Positions 27,616 through 33,991 of a stretch of DNA of 33,991 nucleotides are shown in pieces. A model generated the notes under the pieces. It saw nothing but the letters and a program-made list of their open reading frames with translations, ran no database searches and was not told where the DNA came from. The DNA comes from Flavobacteriales bacterium. Lineage in GTDB: Bacteria; Bacteroidota; Bacteroidia; NS11-12g; UBA955. The stretch lies in assembly GCA_040379725.1 (NCBI GenBank), contig JBEIKN010000001.1:1-33991 (forward strand), in the 5' to 3' direction. The stretch's first letter is position 1; each line of letters starts with the position of its first letter. Position numbers and translations under genes: made by a program.

Positions 27616-28481
27616 AAGGTATCATATTAGCCGGCGGAAGCGGCACGCGTTTACATCCTTTAACTTTGGCGGTTAGCAAGCAGTTGATGCCTGTTTACGA
27701 CAAGCCAATGGTGTATTATCCATTGTCCATTTTAATGATGGCAGGTATTAAAGAGATTTTGATCATTTCGACCCCACATGATTTGCCACACTTTAAAAAA
27801 TTATTGGGTGATGGACAAAATTTGGGTTGTCGTTTTGAATATGCAGAGCAAGCTGTTCCTAATGGTTTGGCTCAGGCTTTTGTGATTGGAAAAGCATTCA
27901 TTGGCAATGATAAAGTGGCTTTGATTTTGGGCGATAATATTTTCTTTGGTGCCAGTTTGCAAAAATTGTTGCAAAGCAATAATGACCCTCAAGGTGGTGT
28001 AATTTACGCCTACCATGTGAGTGATCCTGAGCGCTATGGTGTGGTTGAGTTTGATGACAACAACCAGGTCTTGAGTATCGAAGAAAAACCGCTTGCACCT
28101 AAGTCTAATTATGCTGTGCCTGGCTTATATTTTTACGATAATCAGGTGGTAGAGATTGCAGAAAATTTGCAACCTTCAGCGCGTGGAGAATATGAAATCA
28201 CCGATGTTAATAAAGAATACTTAAAACGCGGTCACTTAAAGGTGGGTATTTTGGAACGCGGTACTGCTTGGCTTGATACAGGTACATTTGCCAGCTTAAT
28301 GCAAGCTGGACAGTTTGTGCAAGTGATAGAAGAACGTCAAGGGTTAAAGATTGGTAGTATTGAGGAAGTCGCTTGGCGCATGGGTTATATCAATGACGAA
28401 CAATTAAAAGCATTGGCTTTGCCTTTAACCAAGAGTGGTTATGGCACATACTTATTAGGACTAATCAAACATGAAAACTAA
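27612..28481 (+). CDS. rfbA: Glucose-1-phosphate thymidylyltransferase
   Basis: Motifs present: [44 protein letters not shown] and EEKP. The start overlaps the rfbB stop as ATGA. Confidence 0.92.
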   Translation: MKGIILAGGSGTRLHPLTLAVSKQLMPVYDKPMVYYPLSILMMAGIKEILIISTPHDLPHFKKLLGDGQNLGCRFEYAEQAVPNGLAQAFVIGKAFIGNDKVALILGDNIFFGASLQKLLQSNNDPQGGVIYAYHVSDPERYGVVEFDDNNQVLSIEEKPLAPKSNYAVPGLYFYDNQVVEIAENLQPSARGEYEITDVNKEYLKRGHLKVGILERGTAWLDTGTFASLMQAGQFVQVIEERQGLKIGSIEEVAWRMGYINDEQLKALALPLTKSGYGTYLLGLIKHEN

Positions 28482-29244
28482 AGCATTTTTATTGGTATCA
28501 CTTGTAATGGTGTTGCTACAGAGTTGTAGCTCATACCGTTCAAACATCATTTTGCAAACCAAGCCAGAAGATCTGAATTGGCAACAGACTTTTGAGAAAG
28601 TAGTGGTGGAGAATCCAATCAAGTTGGGCGATAAATTACAGTTCTCGGTGTTTACCAATCAGGGGGAGTCTATTATTGATCCGAGTGGTAATGCTGTGGC
28701 GATTAAGAATTATGGAGATGCTAATAACAATGCTATTGATAAGCCAAGTTACGATGTTTTAGAGTCTGGAATTTGTCATTTTCCTTTGATAGGTAAAGTG
28801 GCGGTTTTGGGACTTAAAACGTCTCAATTGGATTCTGTGTTATCGAGTAAATACGAACAGTTCTACAATGGTGTGTATGTATTGTCAAAGGTGGTAAATA
28901 AAAAGATTGTTGTCTTGGGTGGCTCTGGTAGTAAAATCATTCCGTATACCACCAACATGACTTTATTAGAAGCGATTGCTTTGTATGGTGGTTTAGATGA
29001 ACAAACAAAGGGAGCCAATATCCGTGTGATTCGCGGCGACCTTAAAAATCCTGAAGTAACGGTGGTGAATCTTAAAACCATTGCCGATATGAAAAAATCC
29101 ATTGTGAATTTAAGACCAGACGATGTGGTGTATATTGAGCCTATTCGTCGTCCGGGTACTGAAGCCTTTAGAGATAACCTCTACATTTTTAATATCATTC
29201 AGGTGATTACTACCTTGAGCGTTTTAATTTATACTTTAAAATAA
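28471..29244 (+). CDS. Polysaccharide export outer-membrane lipoprotein (Wza-like)
   Basis: The lipobox is LLQSC. Poly_export-type motifs are present (GDKLQFSVF; [31 protein letters not shown]), followed by an SLBB-like segment ([14 protein letters not shown]...IRVIRGD). The start overlaps rfbA by 11 nt. Confidence 0.75.
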   Translation: MKTKAFLLVSLVMVLLQSCSSYRSNIILQTKPEDLNWQQTFEKVVVENPIKLGDKLQFSVFTNQGESIIDPSGNAVAIKNYGDANNNAIDKPSYDVLESGICHFPLIGKVAVLGLKTSQLDSVLSSKYEQFYNGVYVLSKVVNKKIVVLGGSGSKIIPYTTNMTLLEAIALYGGLDEQTKGANIRVIRGDLKNPEVTVVNLKTIADMKKSIVNLRPDDVVYIEPIRRPGTEAFRDNLYIFNIIQVITTLSVLIYTLK

Positions 29245-29245
29245 C

Positions 29246-31618
29246 ATGAAAGATTTCGACCAAGAGGATGCCCCTATCAGTCAACGTCAATTGTCTGAAC
29301 AAGCAGGGTTTTCGTCTGAAAAATTTTTATTGATTTTTAAGCGCTATTGGTTCTGGGTGCCTTTGTCGATTTTAATGTCGGCTTTTGGGGCTTATAGTTA
29401 TTTGAAATACAGCAAACCGACTTATCAGGCGAGTTCTATGATCCGCCTTGAGGTTCAAAAGGAAGCTAATAATTTGGGGATTACTCAGATTCAAACCATG
29501 CCGGTTGATAATCTTGAGGGCGAGCTTGAGTTGATCCGTTCTCAGCGTGTGGCGCAACATGTTTTGAATACCATTGATTTGCAGATTTCGTATTTTAGAG
29601 AGGGTAATATTTTGACCACTGAGTTGTACAAATCTTGTCCGTTTAAGGTGCAGGTTTTGAGTCCAGCTAAACAGACCCCTTACGATGTCTTGCACAAGCT
29701 AAAATTTGTGTCGGCATACGAATACAAATTAGAGAATGGCAAGGCGTTTAAAGTGGGCGATAAAGCCAATATAGATGGCTTTGAATTCAGTTTGCAATGG
29801 ACAGATGTGGTCGAGCAAGATATTGATGGCATAGAATACTTGTTTGTGGTACATTCTAATGGTGCTTTATTGAGTTATTTACACGATAATTTGGTGGTAG
29901 AGGCTAATAGCACAGAGGCTAGAACTTTGTCTATAGCGTTTAAAGATTTTAACCGATTTAAAGCAACAGATATAGTGAATGCCTACGATTCTGTTTACTT
30001 TAATCAGTCGATTGAGAAAAAGCAGAAGAGTCATGAACAGACCTTACAATTTATAAAGACTCAGATTGAGGAAACAGCCTTAAAATTGGAGGGTTATGAG
30101 AAGGATTTAGAGTCATTTGTTAAAAGAAATGGGGCTTTAGAACCTAACGATGAGTTGATCGGAATAGTCAAAGAAGTTGACGAATTAGAAAAGTCAAAAC
30201 AGGGCTATAATAAGCTGATGAAGTCGTATTCTGATGTTTTGAGTTTTGTGCAGTCAGACGCTTCAGAAGAGAATATTGTGCCTTTGGTGTTTGGCATGGA
30301 TAATATGCAAGTGGCTGATGCCATAAACAAATTGAACGATTTATATAAACAGCGTGAGTTGTTGAAGTTGTCCAGCAAAGAGGTGACTACGCCATTTAAG
30401 AAACTGGAGCTTGAGATTTCGATTGTGAAGTCTCAGTTATTGAGTTTTGTATCAGAGGCTAAGCGTGCTTTGTCTGATCAAAATGCTGAGACCAATGCTC
30501 AGATTGCCAAATTGAATGGTCAGTTTTCTGGTTTGCCAGATAAGGAAACAGAACTTAACCGTTTAAAGCGTTTTAATACTTTGTATGAGAAGTATTATTT
30601 GGATTTGATAGAGAAACAGATTGAGTATCAGATTTCAAAGGCTGGAACTGTTCCTGAGTTTACGGTTTTGTCTGAAGCTTATGCGCCTTCAGAACCGATT
30701 TCGCCTAAGAAGAATAAGGTTTGGGCTTTGTTTTTAATTTTAGGGATAGTGCCTGTTGGCTTGTTTTTGTTGATCAAATACTTCTTAATGGATGTGATTT
30801 ATTCTCAAAAACAATTACAAGATGCTTTGAAAGCGCCTTTATTGGGGGCTATTCCGTCTTACAATAAAAAGATGCCGGTGTCTACTTTGGTGGTTGATAA
30901 AAATCCTAAGTCTTCAATTAGTGAGGCCTTGAGAACCATTCGAACCAATTCTGATTTTATGCTGCCAAAAAAAGACAAGCAGTTGTTTGGGGTGACGTCG
31001 ACCATTAGTGGCGAGGGTAAGACCTTTTTTGCGATCAATTATGCAGCGATTATAGCTTTGACAGGTAAGCGTGTTGTGGTCTTGGATTTGGATATGCGTA
31101 AACCTAAGATTCACGTTGGTTTTAATGTGGAGAATAAAGTGGGTATGAGTTCTTTGTTGAGTGGAATGCATACTTGGAATGAGGCGATTAGACATTCACC
31201 TTTAAATGGCTTAGATTTTATTACTGCCGGGCCAATTCCACCGAATCCGAATGAGTTGTTGTTAAAGCCTGAATTTGATGCTTTGATTGATGAGTTGTTT
31301 AAGCATTACGATGTGATCATGGCTGATAATCCGCCGATTGGTTTGGTGACAGATGCTAGTACGGTGTTTAAGCGTTGTGATTTGTCTATTTATGTGGTGC
31401 GCTCTGGATACTCTAAGGCGCATGTGATCAATAATATTAATCAGTTGTATTCGAGTAAGAATTATACCAATTTGTCTGTTGTGATCAATGATGTCAATAA
31501 GGCCAATACTTATGGACATAAATATGGTTATGGCTATGGCTACGGGTATGGTTATGGCTACTATGATGATGAGCATGAACAATTGAACTGGTGGCAAAAA
31601 ATTTGGTCTAAAAAATAG
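29246..31618 (+). CDS. Polysaccharide co-polymerase / bacterial tyrosine autokinase (Wzc-like)
   Basis: Two TM helices flank a long coiled-coil periplasmic domain. The C-terminal kinase has Walker A (TSTISGEGKT), Walker A' (VVVLDLDMRKP), Walker B (DVIMADNPP) and a Tyr-rich tail. Confidence 0.85.
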   Translation: MKDFDQEDAPISQRQLSEQAGFSSEKFLLIFKRYWFWVPLSILMSAFGAYSYLKYSKPTYQASSMIRLEVQKEANNLGITQIQTMPVDNLEGELELIRSQRVAQHVLNTIDLQISYFREGNILTTELYKSCPFKVQVLSPAKQTPYDVLHKLKFVSAYEYKLENGKAFKVGDKANIDGFEFSLQWTDVVEQDIDGIEYLFVVHSNGALLSYLHDNLVVEANSTEARTLSIAFKDFNRFKATDIVNAYDSVYFNQSIEKKQKSHEQTLQFIKTQIEETALKLEGYEKDLESFVKRNGALEPNDELIGIVKEVDELEKSKQGYNKLMKSYSDVLSFVQSDASEENIVPLVFGMDNMQVADAINKLNDLYKQRELLKLSSKEVTTPFKKLELEISIVKSQLLSFVSEAKRALSDQNAETNAQIAKLNGQFSGLPDKETELNRLKRFNTLYEKYYLDLIEKQIEYQISKAGTVPEFTVLSEAYAPSEPISPKKNKVWALFLILGIVPVGLFLLIKYFLMDVIYSQKQLQDALKAPLLGAIPSYNKKMPVSTLVVDKNPKSSISEALRTIRTNSDFMLPKKDKQLFGVTSTISGEGKTFFAINYAAIIALTGKRVVVLDLDMRKPKIHVGFNVENKVGMSSLLSGMHTWNEAIRHSPLNGLDFITAGPIPPNPNELLLKPEFDALIDELFKHYDVIMADNPPIGLVTDASTVFKRCDLSIYVVRSGYSKAHVINNINQLYSSKNYTNLSVVINDVNKANTYGHKYGYGYGYGYGYGYYDDEHEQLNWWQKIWSKK
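31511..31564 (+). other. Tyrosine-cluster tail of Wzc: YGHK(YG)6YY
   Basis: The DNA tat gga cat aaa tat ggt tat ggc tat ggc tac ggg tat ggt tat ggc tac tat encodes 9 Tyr in 18 residues, the usual autophosphorylation cluster. Synonymous variation interrupts the DNA repeat. Confidence 0.8.
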
Positions 31619-31620
31619 TC

Positions 31621-32355
31621 ATGTCTTTGTTTGGTAAATGGTTTGCTAAGTCTGAGTCGTTCAATCATTGTATTGAATGGGATATGCACAACCATGTACT
31701 GTTTGGTATTGACGATGGCGCTAAGACCATAGAAGATGCTGTTGCGATGTGCCAACAGTTTATTGATCTTGGGTATAAAAAAATCATTTGTTCGCCGCAC
31801 ATTATGAGCGATTATTACCGCAATTCTGCCGAGACCATTGAGCCGATTATAAAGGCCTTGAGAGCGGAATTGCAGTTGAGACAATTGCCTTTAGAATTAG
31901 ACTTTGCTGCGGAGTATTACATGGATGATGTGTTTATGCATAAGGTTAAAGCCCGCGAGCCTTTATTGAGTATTAATGGTCAATATGTGTTGGTGGAGAC
32001 TTCTTTTTTGAACAAGCCAATGTTTTTTGAGCAGTTGTTGTTTGATATCAAAACTGCTGGATATATGCCGGTTTTGGCGCATCCTGAGCGTTATGTGTAT
32101 TTGCAAGAGCGCTATGATTTGGTGGAGGATATAGTGTCATCAGGGACTTTATTGCAGATCAATTTGTTGTCGTTGGCAGGATTCTATTCGCCTAATGCAA
32201 AGAAGTTGGCAGAGTGGTTGATCAAAGAGGGGTATTATCAGTTTTTGGGTTCTGATGCGCATAGCCCGAGGCAGATGCAAATTTTGAGCACTGTGCTTAA
32301 GGGTAAGGCTTTAAATAAAATCAATTGGGATCAGGTATTGAATGCACGTCTGTAG
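31621..32355 (+). CDS. PHP-family protein-tyrosine phosphatase (CpsB/YwqE-type)
   Basis: The N-terminus DMHNHVLFGIDDGA (HxH) is followed by SPH, AHPERY and GSDAH metal-ligand motifs typical of CpsB. It starts 2 nt after the Wzc stop. Confidence 0.8.
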   Translation: MSLFGKWFAKSESFNHCIEWDMHNHVLFGIDDGAKTIEDAVAMCQQFIDLGYKKIICSPHIMSDYYRNSAETIEPIIKALRAELQLRQLPLELDFAAEYYMDDVFMHKVKAREPLLSINGQYVLVETSFLNKPMFFEQLLFDIKTAGYMPVLAHPERYVYLQERYDLVEDIVSSGTLLQINLLSLAGFYSPNAKKLAEWLIKEGYYQFLGSDAHSPRQMQILSTVLKGKALNKINWDQVLNARL

Positions 32356-33617
32356 TGATAGCCTTTTAGGGCTATGGCGTAATAGATGGGCAAGAGTGGT
32401 ACCAAGAATCTGCTAGCACCTATGGGGCCAGTTAGGCCTAATACTAAGATTGGTATTATAAACCAGATGATTTTTTCTTTTAAGGGTGTTTTTTTGCTAA
32501 AAGCGTAGGCAAGTACCCAAAGCAGTAAAATGAGCTTGCTAATGGCTACTAAAATGAGCCAGGTGCCCAATGGGTTGAGGTAGAGCCATAAACTGCGTTT
32601 GAGGCCTTTTGTGTTGATGTTATACAATCCATTTTCAGTGTGGGCTAAATTCAGTATTTGAGTGTAGTCAAATTTGCCTGGGTCTAAACAGGCCAATGCC
32701 ATGCCTCTGAGGTGAAGGTAACTGTAGGTGCCTAAGTTATTTTTTAAAATGCTTTTGCAGTTGTTTTCAATGTATTCTGTTTGTTGGGCGTAGGTGGTTT
32801 GTGAAGCGGCCTGATGGCGGATCTCGTCAATGATGCTGTCAGCTTCATGTTGCCCTTGTTTGTAGAGCAAAAGGCTGTAGGTGTTGTAGTGTAATAAATT
32901 GATTTTACTGATGGACGAATAGTGCTTGTAGCCTGTTTCGGCTTGATGGATTTTACTGAGTCCAAAATAGACTATGATTGGTAATAGGCTTAACAGATAC
33001 AGGGTTTTTAGAGCGGGTGTTTTTTTGAGGACTATGTATACCCAAGGTAAGCCTATGGCTATGGGCATAAACACCGGTTTAATGAGCATGGCAAGAACAG
33101 ATGCGCCTATGATGATGAGCCAGTGTTTGTTTTTAAAGGGCGATTTTACACTGCAATAAACGATACAAAAAATACAGGCGCTAAGAAGGGTTTCGCTCAT
33201 GAGAAAGTTGGCGTAAATGGGTAAGGCCAAACCTGGTAATAGGGCGATGTATTGATAGGGTGTTTGTAAGGATTGTATGGCTGGTTTTAACCATTGGGTG
33301 AGTTTGAAAATGATGCCAATACTGATGAGGTTTTGCAACAAATAGACCAGGGCAAAGAACCATGTATTTTGAGCGCCGCATAGGGCTTCAATGAGGGCTA
33401 AAAAACTTGGATAACCGGGTGGGCGTTTGCTGAAAAATGCTGGCTGAAAAGGCGCTTGCCACTCTGCACAGTACCAATGACCATGCTCAAGCATGTTGTG
33501 TCCGGCTTGTAAATACTCTTGTGAATCTTGCAACAAACTATGCTGCAGAAACACCTGCTTACACCACAATGCAGCATGCACAGCCAGCACCAAAACCCAA
33601 AACAAACGTTGTTTCAC
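32331..33617 (-). CDS. Polytopic membrane protein, probably a GT39/GT83-like (ArnT/PMT-fold) glycosyltransferase
   Basis: About 10 or more hydrophobic helices. The first loop DSQEYLQAGHNMLEHGHWY...KRPPGYPSFLAL resembles the D-x-x-Y...A.n...G / PPLY region of ArnT-like enzymes. The assignment is tentative. Confidence 0.5.
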   Translation of the reverse strand: MKQRLFWVLVLAVHAALWCKQVFLQHSLLQDSQEYLQAGHNMLEHGHWYCAEWQAPFQPAFFSKRPPGYPSFLALIEALCGAQNTWFFALVYLLQNLISIGIIFKLTQWLKPAIQSLQTPYQYIALLPGLALPIYANFLMSETLLSACIFCIVYCSVKSPFKNKHWLIIIGASVLAMLIKPVFMPIAIGLPWVYIVLKKTPALKTLYLLSLLPIIVYFGLSKIHQAETGYKHYSSISKINLLHYNTYSLLLYKQGQHEADSIIDEIRHQAASQTTYAQQTEYIENNCKSILKNNLGTYSYLHLRGMALACLDPGKFDYTQILNLAHTENGLYNINTKGLKRSLWLYLNPLGTWLILVAISKLILLLWVLAYAFSKKTPLKEKIIWFIIPILVLGLTGPIGASRFLVPLLPIYYAIALKGYHYRRAFNT

Positions 33618-33660
33618 CCTTCAATGATACAACATTTTTTAAAAAAGGAAACCAAGCGCT

Positions 33661-33709
33661 CTATAAAACAAAAACGTTTCACCATGCTCTGTGCATAAGG
33701 TGAAACGTT
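33661..33709 (-). terminator. Intrinsic terminator for the upstream minus-strand gene
   Basis: A perfect 11-bp inverted repeat, AACGTTTCACC (33673-33683) and GGTGAAACGTT (33699-33709), with a 15-nt loop. On the minus strand the hairpin is followed by TTTTGTTTTAT. It lies 33 nt downstream of the stop at 33742. Confidence 0.55.
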
Positions 33710-33741
33710 GATGAAATTGATAATTTATAAATACTATAACT

Positions 33742-33990
33742 TTAAAGTGTTAACTCCATCTTGGAGCATACATTCCCTTCATAATCTGCGATTCCTTCCC
33801 AGATAACAACATCATCTTGATCTTTAACTTGAAAAGTATATGATTTGCTTTTTGAGCTACCTAAATTTTTTGTAACAGTAACTGAAGCTGACTGACCACA
33901 ATCTGGTGCACCTGTCCAATATAAGCTAGCTTTTTGCGAACCTACTATTTGACCATTAACGTAAGAGGTGAGAGATGTGATGTTATTGTT
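33742..33990 (-). CDS. C-terminal 82 codons of an unidentified protein; the 5' part lies beyond the right window edge
   Basis: Absent from the ORF track. Reverse-complement translation is open from the edge to the TAA at 33744-33742: NNNITSLTSYVNGQIVGSQKASLYWTGAPDCGQSASVTVTKNLGSSKSKSYTFQVKDQDDVVIWEGIADYEGNVCSKMELTL. It is followed by a good terminator. No family recognised. Confidence 0.4.
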   Translation of the reverse strand, partial: NNNITSLTSYVNGQIVGSQKASLYWTGAPDCGQSASVTVTKNLGSSKSKSYTFQVKDQDDVVIWEGIADYEGNVCSKMELTL

Positions 33991-33991
33991 C

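Noticed and set aside
31511-31564. The (TATGGN)n run as a slippage-prone microsatellite or phase-variation switch.
   Set aside because: The hexamer units differ at wobble positions (ggt/ggc/ggg, tat/tac), so there is no long perfect repeat. Any 6-nt slippage would also stay in frame. It is the normal Tyr cluster of a BY-kinase.
31262-31884. Two antisense ORFs (111 and 107 aa) opposite the wzc 3' end and the phosphatase 5' end.
   Set aside because: They lie antisense to strongly supported genes. Their Ile/His/Arg-rich sequences mirror the sense-strand codon bias, and no promoter box or motifs are present.
33437-33703. 88-aa plus-strand ORF over the 5' end of the GT39-like gene and the intergenic region.
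   Set aside because: It is antisense to the membrane-protein gene, and its 3' part runs through the terminator hairpin. It has no start context or motifs.
1-33991. Search for tRNA, rRNA, riboswitches, transposases, integrases, toxin-antitoxin pairs, restriction-modification systems or known defence-system genes.
   Set aside because: All intergenic regions are 172 bp or shorter, and none shows tRNA-like T-arm or anticodon structure or conserved riboswitch cores that I can recognise. No ORF carries DDE, tyrosine or serine recombinase, nuclease-NTPase or methyltransferase motifs. The window looks like a core chromosome rather than an accessory island.

Overview
This is a compact (~40% GC by eye), gene-dense chromosomal segment that looks like Bacteroidota. 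Supporting signs are a T9SS C-terminal sorting domain, DUF1573 and HmuY-like proteins, no Shine-Dalgarno sequences, and TAnnTTTG '-7' boxes just upstream of operon-leading genes. I call about 34 protein genes.

Gene content in order:
- ruvB (partial, at the left edge)
- DUF1573 protein and HtrA protease
- dapA, an unknown gene, and rnz (minus strand)
- A plus-strand run: SDR, EamA, yicC, S41 peptidase, metallophosphoesterase, M1 peptidase
- pntAA, pntA2 and pntB (minus strand), divergent from ald
- A small Cys-rich four-repeat ORF
- A cytochrome b5-like gene
- A two-component system followed by HmuY-like (T9SS), a TonB-dependent receptor and an HmuY-like lipoprotein
- A translationally coupled train: nrnA, two FKBP genes, rfbB, rfbA, wza, wzc, PHP tyrosine phosphatase
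- A convergent GT39-like membrane protein and a partial ORF at the right edge

I found no rRNA, tRNA, CRISPR array, transposase, integrase or recognisable defence system. Most of the window is ordinary housekeeping or envelope content.

The feature I cannot assign to any family I know is the 116-aa ORF at 16653-17003. It is built almost entirely from four tandem 29-aa H-x10-C-x2-C-x10-C units, which look like four metal-binding modules, and it sits 28 bp downstream of ald. The second most interesting region is 17176-23732, a possibly heme-themed cluster: cytochrome b5-like gene, histidine kinase/response regulator, and two divergent HmuY-like paralogs with different export routes flanking a TonB-dependent receptor. 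All functional calls rest on motifs I read in the translations. No database search was possible.
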